From an uncultured virus (IMG/VR IMGVR_UViG_2911005044_000001) (Duplodnaviria > Heunggongvirae > Uroviricota > Caudoviricetes), in IMG/VR virus record IMGVR_UViG_2911005044_000001: a stretch of DNA of 64,000 nt; one strand, given 5' to 3'. The position numbers were made by a program, and so were the translations under genes. Below are positions 9,047 through 17,628 of this stretch, piece after piece (the stretch's first letter is position 1; every line of letters begins with the position of its first letter). A model generated the notes under the pieces. The model was not told where the DNA came from. It did not search any database and saw only the letters and a program-made list of their open reading frames with translations.

Positions 9047-9484
9047 TTAAGAGTTTATAGCTGATAAGCGTCTAAAGCCTAATAAGCGATAGACAGGATA
9101 TATTTTGATGTTGACTTGATTTTTCTGATTACCACCCAAGACATAGATGTATTTTTTGTCTTCTGAATAGCTAATGAATAGACCTACGTGACCTTTCCAA
9201 CTGGCTTTTTTACTACGCCATAAGACGACCACATCGTTGAGTTTGGGTTCTTTGATTTCGGTACCAACTTGCAGCCAAGAACGAGCAGTGAGTTTGTTAG
9301 TTCGTTCTACTTTCGCCTTGAGTGCTACCCAATTGATAAACGCAGAACACCACGCAGTTTCATCGGTTGTGACCCAAGTGTGTCCTATTTCTTTGAAGTA
9401 ATTTAGAACAATGGGATTGTGCTCTTTGCCTACAATTTCGGTTACACCGTATTGGCTTAAGGCTATATTAATAAGTTGACTCAT
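9047..9484 (-). CDS. TIGR02594-family NlpC/P60-like cell-wall peptidase
   Basis: DETAWCSAFINW, ARSWL, GHVG, VLGGNQ. Confidence 0.85.
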   Translation of the reverse strand: MSQLINIALSQYGVTEIVGKEHNPIVLNYFKEIGHTWVTTDETAWCSAFINWVALKAKVERTNKLTARSWLQVGTEIKEPKLNDVVVLWRSKKASWKGHVGLFISYSEDKKYIYVLGGNQKNQVNIKIYPVYRLLGFRRLSAINS

Positions 9485-11057
9485 TAGGTGGCTCGTCTTT
9501 AGGGTTATCGAGCCACGATACTGGAATGCCCTTACTCATTTGGACACCAGTAGATATTCTTGATTTTTCGGGAAGCATATTATACATCTCGATTTGATTG
9601 TAATAAATTAGAAAAGTCACTTGCTGGAACGGATTAATTTTAAAACACCACGTCACGTGTCCATCTATTAAGTTTCCATCAAAGTCAAATACTTCTGACA
9701 CGTTAGCAAAGTTTTGAGGACTCTGACTATTACTCAACGAGATGGTTTTACAGATTTCGGTACCAGTGACGGACTTTTCTGTAATCTGTAGTGCATTGAT
9801 GCGGTCTTCTCCAGAAGCAACCAGCTTGACGTGACCAACCATTGCAGGATTATGCTGGAAGTCTTCACGATCTTCATAATATTCTTCGTTTACTGTTACG
9901 GTAGGACCTGATTGTAATCCCGAAATGCCAACTGTATCATCTGCAGAGTTGCTCACGCCTATAATATCTTCCTTAGAACTAATTGCTAACCCAAGTCCAA
10001 AACTTTCAGTTTTAATAGTATCTATTACTTGATGCTTTGGGCTAATTCTACTAAACGTTTGATCGCCTCGATTCCCTACGTACATCAATCCATTATGCGG
10101 ATTATAAGCAATAGCCACAGGATCTTTTCCAACACTTAATTTAGTGATGGCTCCAAATCTTACGGTGTCTAAAACCGAAACAGAATTTGAATTATTCAGT
10201 ACCATATACATATTCTTGGTCACTGGATGGAATTGAAACGAAACAATATCTGCCACCACAGAACCTACGCTTCCTTTTTGATTGCCTTGAAGATCATATA
10301 CATTGATGGCACCATCCACTATATTATGAATGTATAAATCGCCTGAGTCGGTATCAACCCCAAGTGTTCTTGCTCCAGGTACTAAAGGCAGGTTATTTAC
10401 TCTACGATTGATGCAAATTTTAGAGATTGTCCCTGAAACTAAATTTGCTGTATAGTAACATTGATCCACAGGATTGTAAACGATATCTACTGGGCGATTA
10501 CCAACAGCTTCTCTTCTTAAAATTGAAAAATCTCTATTGATAAAAACGACTTCGTTTGAAACTGAACAAGCTACCGCAACTACTCCGTATTCAACACTAT
10601 TAGCAGATGTATTTACCGCTAAAGCAACTGGACTGATACTACCTGGAACGCTTAAAATTGTCGGATTGACAGCTCTTCTTTCGCCAATTCCAGATCCACT
10701 ATCAGTCTGAGAATTACCTTGCAACAAGTCAATTGTAGTGACAAGTTCTCCTGAAGGATTAACCACCGAGACAGAATCGCCTAATTGATTCACTACATAA
10801 AATAAGTCTGTAACAACATTATAGACCAGCTCTTGTGGTTGCTTATCTACGATTACACTTTTTATTCCTTCTTCATTTATAAACATTGGGTCAGTAAGAG
10901 GTGTGCAAGCAATCGCACCCCAAAGACATACTTTTCTAATATCCTTCGTATGGTTTGTAACCGTTACTTGTACAACATCATTCTCTTTTTGAAGTTGTGC
11001 GTAGAAACGTTTTAAACTTGCCTGCTTGTCTAACCAAGTATATATTGCTCTACTCAT
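9468..11057 (-). CDS. Capsid-like jelly-roll paralog with inserted YncE/YVTN beta-propeller (candidate spike/vertex protein)
   Basis: Repeats such as VGNRPVDIVYNP and VGKDPVAIAYNP..MYVGN; flanking segments match 14424..15335 (shared SPQNF). Confidence 0.6.
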   Translation of the reverse strand: MSRAIYTWLDKQASLKRFYAQLQKENDVVQVTVTNHTKDIRKVCLWGAIACTPLTDPMFINEEGIKSVIVDKQPQELVYNVVTDLFYVVNQLGDSVSVVNPSGELVTTIDLLQGNSQTDSGSGIGERRAVNPTILSVPGSISPVALAVNTSANSVEYGVVAVACSVSNEVVFINRDFSILRREAVGNRPVDIVYNPVDQCYYTANLVSGTISKICINRRVNNLPLVPGARTLGVDTDSGDLYIHNIVDGAINVYDLQGNQKGSVGSVVADIVSFQFHPVTKNMYMVLNNSNSVSVLDTVRFGAITKLSVGKDPVAIAYNPHNGLMYVGNRGDQTFSRISPKHQVIDTIKTESFGLGLAISSKEDIIGVSNSADDTVGISGLQSGPTVTVNEEYYEDREDFQHNPAMVGHVKLVASGEDRINALQITEKSVTGTEICKTISLSNSQSPQNFANVSEVFDFDGNLIDGHVTWCFKINPFQQVTFLIYYNQIEMYNMLPEKSRISTGVQMSKGIPVSWLDNPKDEPPNESTY

Positions 11058-11808
11058 TGGCTCTATAATTTTCTATAAAATTGATAATATCTTTGGTACG
11101 CTCAATTTGTGAAGCACCGACTATTTCTGGATTTTTACCAAACACTTTTGTTACTGCATACACGGCTTCAATGGTGGGAAAACCATAATCGAGGTATTGT
11201 TTCATACCGCATAAATCTGCGGTAGTTTGACTGCGTGTATTTAAGAACCAATGACAGCCTTCGTGTGCCAAAATCGCCACACGAATAGGAATCGTATAAG
11301 ACTTAAACAAACGTTGAGAAATCTGTACTCTCGGCATTTTTCGATGCGTTCTCGCAGGTGTGATAAGCTCTGCGCCAAAAGGATCTGTAATCTTATCTAA
11401 ATATTGAAACAGAAATTCGTTGTCGGTGCTTTCATAAAAACCAGGAGGTACATATCCTGCTTTTTGCGCAAACTGAATTGCAAATTCTAAGAAACGATGT
11501 TGGTCGTCAGTCGCCCAAACCGCAAGTGCTGGCATTTTTTCAATTTTCACATTGACGATTTCAAAAGCATCGTCATCTGAGTGGTTTTTATCAAAGACTT
11601 CCATTTCCAGTACTTCTGGAGAGACTGGCAATGCGATCACAAATTCTCGTTTTGAGTTCGCTTTCGCGAAAGCGGCTTTTCTCCTAAAATAATAGCTGTT
11701 AGGATGCTCAGGATCATACACACGAATTCCCAACTCAAAAGGCATCAAAGCCATAATGGTCAGTTTTATCTGAAAGCGTTCTCTATTTGATGGTATGGTT
11801 GTTATCAC
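11050..11808 (-). CDS. Zincin-like metalloprotease (HExxH), candidate virion maturation protease
   Basis: AILAHEGCHWFLN..QTTAD; M48-like spacing, but the third ligand position appears to be Q. Confidence 0.6.
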   Translation of the reverse strand: MITTIPSNRERFQIKLTIMALMPFELGIRVYDPEHPNSYYFRRKAAFAKANSKREFVIALPVSPEVLEMEVFDKNHSDDDAFEIVNVKIEKMPALAVWATDDQHRFLEFAIQFAQKAGYVPPGFYESTDNEFLFQYLDKITDPFGAELITPARTHRKMPRVQISQRLFKSYTIPIRVAILAHEGCHWFLNTRSQTTADLCGMKQYLDYGFPTIEAVYAVTKVFGKNPEIVGASQIERTKDIINFIENYRANE

Positions 11809-12278
11809 TGAGGAGAGTGTTGGTATTGCTTATTTTTAGAACTACTCATTACCGCAAGTCCAATCACTCCGACAACTACGACGCCACCCAAAACATAAAC
11901 GATGGTAGGAATCCCTTTTTTCTCTTCTTCTGGAACTTCTGGAGCTCCTAAGTCTACAGAGAAGTCTGAAGGCAGTTCTGTGTTAGTGCCATATCCATCT
12001 AAAGGTTTTGGTGTAGTAAACGAATCGATTACTTGACCTATCGCTGTAGCGCCTCCAGCTTCTTTATAAATCTGTCCTACATCTTTAAAGAACTTTGTGC
12101 GCTTTGCTTTGCGCTCTATTCGTTTTGGAGCAGATCTTCTTACCGTTCTTCTGGCGACACGTTTTGCTTTTCGCTTGGCACGTCTTGCTTTACGTTTCTT
12201 TTTATTTCCAAAAAAGTCATCGTAATCCTCATCTTGTAGATGGCGACTTAAAATGCTTTCTGTTTCTCCTAAAATCAT
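11805..12278 (-). CDS. Basic core-like protein: DEDYDDFFG motif, Arg/Lys tract, C-terminal TM
   Basis: Direct reading of translation. Confidence 0.6.
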   Translation of the reverse strand: MILGETESILSRHLQDEDYDDFFGNKKKRKARRAKRKAKRVARRTVRRSAPKRIERKAKRTKFFKDVGQIYKEAGGATAIGQVIDSFTTPKPLDGYGTNTELPSDFSVDLGAPEVPEEEKKGIPTIVYVLGGVVVVGVIGLAVMSSSKNKQYQHSPQ

Positions 12279-12287
12279 AAATGGGTA

Positions 12288-12515
12288 TTAGATAATTTGC
12301 ATTATTCTTAAGGTCGAGGCTCCAGGATCGTAGGTGATTTTCTTATAACCTTTACCCACAAAAGGATAACCCTTTGCTTCGCCTGGAAATAAAACCACTC
12401 CATTAACCAAAGCTTTTCCTTCTCCGACGTTTTTAATTGAGGCACTCAAAAACCCATCACTGATTTCTCCTGAGACCGTGGTGTCTATTTCATTTACTTG
12501 TGCTAATATGTCCAT
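12288..12515 (-). CDS. Small beta-rich hypothetical protein (75 aa)
   Basis: Likely start MDILAQ at 12515, overlapping the end of the upstream gene. Confidence 0.55.
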   Translation of the reverse strand: MDILAQVNEIDTTVSGEISDGFLSASIKNVGEGKALVNGVVLFPGEAKGYPFVGKGYKKITYDPGASTLRIMQII

Positions 12516-13050
12516 TTTGTAATTTTTTGTTTTGAATGAATTTATAAATCCCAAATCCTGTTACACCTGCAACTCCCACGACAGCAATTACTTTAACCAC
12601 TTTGCTCACCTTACTGTCAGACTTCATTGTCTTTTTACTGGCTTCTACTTGGTTAGCTTGAAGTTGTTTGACTTCGGCTTTTGCAATAGCAGATAATGGT
12701 GTTTTGACAACCGCAGGACTTAATTTTTTAATCAAGTGGCTTATGGGTGTCTTTACTTTGACTGGTGGTTTTTTAGTTTTGATGACCGCTTTTTTCGGTT
12801 GTACCGTTTTCTTACGAATCACAGGAATGGTTTTGACTCGAATAGGCGGTAATTTCATAGGACGACCACGAACTACTCTGGGACGACTTCTTACAGGTGG
12901 TCTGCTTAATTTTGGTTTAGAAGACCGTCTGCGTTTTAAAAGTTTTCGCGTACGGCGTTTCTTTCTGCTACGACGACGTCTGCCTCCGAAGTTATCGTAG
13001 TCTTCGTCCTGATAAACATCATAATCTGTAAGTGCGTAGGTGTTTGTCAT
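12490..13050 (-). CDS. Highly basic core/DNA-condensing-like protein: DEDYDNFGG motif, Arg tract, C-terminal TM
   Basis: GGRRRRSRKKRR..; VIAVVGVAGVTGFGIY. Confidence 0.6.
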   Translation of the reverse strand: MTNTYALTDYDVYQDEDYDNFGGRRRRSRKKRRTRKLLKRRRSSKPKLSRPPVRSRPRVVRGRPMKLPPIRVKTIPVIRKKTVQPKKAVIKTKKPPVKVKTPISHLIKKLSPAVVKTPLSAIAKAEVKQLQANQVEASKKTMKSDSKVSKVVKVIAVVGVAGVTGFGIYKFIQNKKLQNGHISTSK

Positions 13051-13051
13051 T

Positions 13052-13690
13052 TTATCTCGGCATTGGCACCGGTGGCTGTCCGTAAGGCATTGGTGGACGT
13101 CCCGATTTCATTAATACTACCGCTCCGATACCTAAGACGACCACACCGCCACCTATCATTAGCATCATATTGGTTTTCTTTTTGGCAGCTTCGGCTTTCT
13201 TCTTTTCTTCCTCACGACGACGCGCTTCCTCTTGTCTGCGTCTTTCTTCTGCCTCACGACGTTTGCGTTCTTGCTCTTCGCGCATACGCTGCATACGCAT
13301 TTCCATATCTCTTTTAGCCGCAGCAGCCTGGGCAGATGCTCTTGCTTGTGCAGTTGCTTGAGCTGCGCCATTATTAGATGAACCTCCACGTTTCTTTTTC
13401 TTAAAGAGTCCACCTATAATGCCTACAGCACCTTTGGCAATCGCTCCCCAAAATTGATCGTTCTCTTGTGATGAGAATCGAGCGATTAAATTTTCTAACG
13501 CTTTCGCGAAAGCGTAATCTCCATCTTTTAATAGGTCAACCACCTCATTTACGAGTTGCTCTTTTGATGGTTTACCTTGAAAGAACACATTGCTTTTAGC
13601 AAGTAATTCTTGAACAGGTTTTGGATAATTGAGAACCAAATAAGTAAGGTTGTCAATCGCCTGATTATATTGTGATTGTTTATTTGACAT
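13052..13690 (-). CDS. Putative virion protein: helical N-domain, ENDQFWG motif, charged coil, C-terminal TM
   Basis: Translation; N-domain resembles that of 13680..14321. Confidence 0.6.
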   Translation of the reverse strand: MSNKQSQYNQAIDNLTYLVLNYPKPVQELLAKSNVFFQGKPSKEQLVNEVVDLLKDGDYAFAKALENLIARFSSQENDQFWGAIAKGAVGIIGGLFKKKKRGGSSNNGAAQATAQARASAQAAAAKRDMEMRMQRMREEQERKRREAEERRRQEEARRREEEKKKAEAAKKKTNMMLMIGGGVVVLGIGAVVLMKSGRPPMPYGQPPVPMPR

Positions 13691-14321
13691 TGCTAAAATT
13701 GAATTTTAAACCGTGTCCGACCAATGCGCCTGCAATGAAAACCACTCCAAAAAGTAGGAGTTCATCTTTAGTCACGCTGAAGGTTTTATGCGGTTGTGGT
13801 TTAGGTTCTTCTTCTTTTTTCTTTGCTTCTTTACGAATGCGCACTTCGTTCCAAACCATTTGCACTTCCTGCGCAAGATTCTTGTCATCTGCTTGAGCGT
13901 TAGATCGTTTTACGATGGTTTGGTAATAGCGTTCTAAGTCCTTGTCAGAATAGCTCTCAAACTGGTTAAGAAAACTGACTTCATCGCCTGTCCCTGAATA
14001 ATTAGAATGCCCACAAGCTTTGCAGAAATTACTTTCTGTATTATAAGAGTCGTTGCTGCAAGCACCACAAAAGTTGTCTTCTTTGGGTTGGCTAAGCTTT
14101 AAAATGGCCTGCTTATCGGGATGTAATTGTATGAGCTCTTTAATAACTTTACGCCCTTTTTTACGGGCAAGTTCTTTTATAGCTTCTGCGAGGTGTTTAG
14201 GATCTTCGGGCGCTTCAAAACCATACTCAAATAACAATTTTGACACATCATCTGTATTGTGATAGACGATATAATCGATTCTATTTTGAGCTAGTGAAGG
14301 TGTTTGTTTTGAGTTTTTCAT
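13680..14321 (-). CDS. Putative virion protein: helical N-domain, EDNFCG motif with CxxC/CxxC knuckle, C-terminal TM
   Basis: FCGAC...FCKAC; LLLFGVVFIAGALVG. Confidence 0.6.
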   Translation of the reverse strand: MKNSKQTPSLAQNRIDYIVYHNTDDVSKLLFEYGFEAPEDPKHLAEAIKELARKKGRKVIKELIQLHPDKQAILKLSQPKEDNFCGACSNDSYNTESNFCKACGHSNYSGTGDEVSFLNQFESYSDKDLERYYQTIVKRSNAQADDKNLAQEVQMVWNEVRIRKEAKKKEEEPKPQPHKTFSVTKDELLLFGVVFIAGALVGHGLKFNFSNVK

Positions 14322-14337
14322 CTTGTTTTCAATAAGA

Positions 14338-14380
14338 ACAGCCAGAGTTTATGGTTTAGGGGAAAACCGACTCTGGCTGT
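14338..14380. terminator. Hairpin downstream of capsid-like gene (partial terminator or processing stem)
   Basis: ACAGCCAGAGT...ACTCTGGCTGT 11-bp stem with inner GGTTT/AAACC pairing. Confidence 0.4.
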
Positions 14381-14423
14381 CTGGTATTAGGTACAAAGTC
14401 TGGACGAGTTCCTTATTACAGGA

Positions 14424-15335
14424 CTATCGTCTACGACGTCTTACCAATCGAGAAACTGGACGTCTCGCCACCGGTTTTCTGACTAGTCTACGACGTTTTA
14501 CAACTCTACGAGTAGGACGTCTCACCACTCTACGTCTAGGACGCACACCTAATGCTGTCGGTCTTTTTCTTCGGATTAAATCCAACTGTGGAAGCCCAGT
14601 GGTACGTGGTGCTCTTGAAAGCTCTGCCACGTTAGTGCCTTTTAAAAGGTTACCCAGATTTGCTCTCGCTTTAATCGTAAATGTGAATACTGCCGTCACA
14701 CCATCTTCTACAGATACACGCAGGGAATCCTGACCTGTAACATCCATCTCGAAGTTGTCATCGTCAATGAGTTGTTGGGTAAAGTTTTGAGGCGAGGTCG
14801 CATTACGTGGTTGATACACTCTGGTCGTTTTAGATCCGGAAGCGGTTCTACGATCTATACGTAGCACATTATCAAATTGCAGTGCGTTACTCACAGAGTA
14901 TTTCATTCCCGCAATCTTGAACGGATTTGATTTACTCTCTTCACGTACTTCCTTATGGCTGGACTCTTCAATCTCAACGGTTAATCCGTTAGGCTGAGCA
15001 GCTTCTGCATTACCACCAAAGATGACTGCCTCTGCACGAGCACCAGACTTGTTAGTCACGACTACCGTAAGGGTTCTGTCGTTAGGATCTATTTTTCCAA
15101 TGCTCGATTTTGTATAATCATCATAGGCATCATCGTCGTACTCGCCTTCATCAGCGTAGTCGTCGTAATCATCATATTCATCTTCGTACTCTTCGTCGTA
15201 ACCATCTTCTAAACCTTCAAATCCAGTATCGAAGTCGTCTTCTTCATCGTCGTACATCTCGTCGTTATCGTAGTCGTCATACTGATCTTCAGCAGCTTCC
15301 TCGTAACGCATTAATTCGTCGTTATAATCTTTCAT
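14424..15335 (-). CDS. Candidate major capsid protein (single jelly-roll core, acidic N-arm, Arg-rich C-tail)
   Basis: ~140-aa all-beta core between a ~75-aa D/E/Y tract and an RRRVVRRP tail; heads the structural operon near the packaging ATPase. Confidence 0.55.
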   Translation of the reverse strand: MKDYNDELMRYEEAAEDQYDDYDNDEMYDDEEDDFDTGFEGLEDGYDEEYEDEYDDYDDYADEGEYDDDAYDDYTKSSIGKIDPNDRTLTVVVTNKSGARAEAVIFGGNAEAAQPNGLTVEIEESSHKEVREESKSNPFKIAGMKYSVSNALQFDNVLRIDRRTASGSKTTRVYQPRNATSPQNFTQQLIDDDNFEMDVTGQDSLRVSVEDGVTAVFTFTIKARANLGNLLKGTNVAELSRAPRTTGLPQLDLIRRKRPTALGVRPRRRVVRRPTRRVVKRRRLVRKPVARRPVSRLVRRRRR

Positions 15336-15408
15336 TTGTTTTCATTGTTTGCCTGTTCAAAAAACAGGATGATACTTTTGTTTTGGTGTCCAAAAGTGTC
15401 TCTAAACA

Positions 15409-15579
15409 CTATTTTTTAGTTGGACTTGCAGTTACTGGTTTCTTTGCTTCAGCTAATTTTTTAGCTTTCATTTTTTGCATCATCGGAGCAATTAAAAAAG
15501 TTCCTAATGCGATTCCAGCGACGCCTGCTCCCACACAATACAGAATTGGTGTCCAGGCGATGTCGTTCTTGTTTGCCAT
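15409..15579 (-). CDS. Small single-TM protein (56 aa)
   Basis: Likely start MANKND; ILYCVGAGVAGIALGTFLI; basic tail. Confidence 0.6.
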   Translation of the reverse strand: MANKNDIAWTPILYCVGAGVAGIALGTFLIAPMMQKMKAKKLAEAKKPVTASPTKK

Positions 15580-15731
15580 TCGTTTAATTATTGATTGATT
15601 TCGTTTTGAATTACTTGGCGAGGTCTCTAAACCTTGATTGACTGCGAAGTTGAGAATGAATGGTAGTTTTTCCGCTGTCGCGAAAGGGACTTTGGGACGG
15701 AGGAAGAAATAATTATATTGCTGATTGTAAT

Positions 15732-16697
15732 ATGGATAATAGTATCTCAAAAAAGAAAATCATCTACCTCGACCAATTTGCTGTAAGTGAAATGATGGAT
15801 AGAAATTCTAATGTTGAATGGAAAGAGATAAAAAAATTATTATTGAAAGCTTACAAAGCTGGTAAAATCGTATGCCCAACTTCTTCTGAGCATCTTATTG
15901 AAACAGTACCTAAAGGTTTTTTAGACGCTTCAGATCACGATGGGTTTTTGAGTAGCCTATCTGATGGTTTAACATATAAGTCCGAATTGCTTGTTGTTAC
16001 TCAACTTATTTCAAGTAGACTAAGAAAAAACAATAAGACACTTAATACTTTTTTTCATTTCAATACAAAAGAAGTGTTGTCAAATAAAAAGACGTACGAT
16101 GAACTTTTTACTCATAATATTCAGAGCAAAGAGTTAATGAATTTCGGTGTTAATGACGTTAATCAAATAAGAAAAGCGGTTGGCAGCAATAGAGTTGATC
16201 CTAAAACTAAAAGAACTTTATATTTATTAACCAAAAAACTTACCATTGATAAATTCATAGAACGTTTAGACGATTTGTTAAAAAAAGGGCAAACCGTTTT
16301 AAGGGGAGACCAAATGGGCAATACTAAAATCCCCAATTGGATTGATTCGATAATATGGAGACTTTTAAATGTTCATAAATTCAAAAAAAAGGATATCATC
16401 CATCTAAAAGCCCAATTGAAGAGAACAGGTTTTGATAGTATTCCTACTTTAGATATTCGACACTCCTTAAAAGCTTTGATTTCACTTTATAACAAGACTG
16501 AAGATTTCGGAGACCAAATTGATATATCCAGAATTTCAACAGGATTGCCAATTTCAGATGTTTTGTTTACAGATAAAAAGCGCAAATCTGAAATAATTGA
16601 ATTAGAGTTAGATGTAAAGTATAAAACAAAAGTCCTTTCAGGACAACATCAAGATTTTTGTCTTTTTATAGATTATCTAAAAAAAGAAATAAATTAA
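15732..16697 (+). CDS. PIN-like domain protein, opposite-strand cargo gene
   Basis: IIYLDQ..E..E ... DQIDISR..LP.SDVLFTD acidic pattern; AT-rich; antisense to the operon. Confidence 0.5.
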   Translation: MDNSISKKKIIYLDQFAVSEMMDRNSNVEWKEIKKLLLKAYKAGKIVCPTSSEHLIETVPKGFLDASDHDGFLSSLSDGLTYKSELLVVTQLISSRLRKNNKTLNTFFHFNTKEVLSNKKTYDELFTHNIQSKELMNFGVNDVNQIRKAVGSNRVDPKTKRTLYLLTKKLTIDKFIERLDDLLKKGQTVLRGDQMGNTKIPNWIDSIIWRLLNVHKFKKKDIIHLKAQLKRTGFDSIPTLDIRHSLKALISLYNKTEDFGDQIDISRISTGLPISDVLFTDKKRKSEIIELELDVKYKTKVLSGQHQDFCLFIDYLKKEIN

Positions 16698-16698
16698 T

Positions 16699-17628
16699 CT
16701 AAATTGGACTACTCAACCCATCCTCGTGATAACGTAACTTTTCAGAAATCATTTTTACAATAGCCTCGTTCTTAGTTTTGTAAATGTTATTTCCATCAAA
16801 ATCCTGTTCGTTTAAAAGCATCTTTACTTTTCTGCTTTCTTCCTGATCGATGAACTTTTTACAAGCTCTTATAAATGCAGCACGACTGCAACCTTTAATG
16901 CGTTGCTCTCGCATATTCACGTACACAAAAAAACTCTTCTGGATTTTATATTCAAGCTCAGTAATCTTACCCATTGCAAAGGCATTAGAACATAATTCAT
17001 ACTGCTCATCTACGATAAGCTGACCTATGCGTACCATTTGATATTTAGGAATACGCTCTCTATAGCGAGTGACATCATCCACTTGATGATGTAAGCGCAA
17101 CCACGTACAGTTTTGCCATTCAGAGGTTGTGATTTTTGCTACAGATTGGTGTGTAAGCACAATATCAATCCCTTTATGACGCACTGTACAAAGTGCACCA
17201 ATCATAGACTGTCCTTTTGCACCTGTCATATAATGGTCAATATCGTCTAGGACTACGAGACCATTTTTATAGTGTTTCATAATCTTAGTAATGACTTCTT
17301 TCTTTTCGTCATTATCCATAGGCGAACCATCACTATTAAATGGTCTAATTCTGCGTGAAGATACTTTGGTAAGTGCTTTTAAATGATTTGGGCTTACGGT
17401 TCTGAATTGTGGGTAATCATCATCATTAGTGTCAAAAGCTAAAACTTTGCGACCTTTCTTTCCTATCACTAAATGATCCATCATATAGTGTTTGATCTCT
17501 TGTTTGTTGCGATAGGTTTTACCAACACCAGTTTCTCCACAAACCAGCATAATCATCGGTTGGCGCTCTAAATCTTCTTTCTTATAGCTTATAGGCTTAC
17601 GACCTCGATTAGATGTAGTTCCTGACAT
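16699..17628 (-). CDS. FtsK-HerA superfamily packaging ATPase (A32/PRD1 P9/Zot-like)
   Basis: Walker A GETGVGKT, Walker B LVVLDD, Arg-finger/sensor motif RHKGIDIVLTHQ. Confidence 0.75.
   Translation of the reverse strand: MSGTTSNRGRKPISYKKEDLERQPMIMLVCGETGVGKTYRNKQEIKHYMMDHLVIGKKGRKVLAFDTNDDDYPQFRTVSPNHLKALTKVSSRRIRPFNSDGSPMDNDEKKEVITKIMKHYKNGLVVLDDIDHYMTGAKGQSMIGALCTVRHKGIDIVLTHQSVAKITTSEWQNCTWLRLHHQVDDVTRYRERIPKYQMVRIGQLIVDEQYELCSNAFAMGKITELEYKIQKSFFVYVNMREQRIKGCSRAAFIRACKKFIDQEESRKVKMLLNEQDFDGNNIYKTKNEAIVKMISEKLRYHEDGLSSPI

Noticed and set aside
14323..14733. 136-aa plus-strand Arg-rich ORF
   Set aside because: Antisense shadow of the repetitive Arg tail of the capsid candidate
15580..15750. 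Long N-terminal extensions of ORFs 15409..15750 and 15660..16697
   Set aside because: They would overlap head-to-head; internal ATGs at 15579 and 15732 give sensible proteins and a promoter gap
16699..17628. Conjugative VirB4/coupling protein (ICE) or inovirus Zot
   Set aside because: Too short for VirB4/T4CP, no tra or relaxase genes in the window, and no C-terminal TM as in Zot; context favours an icosahedral-virus packaging ATPase
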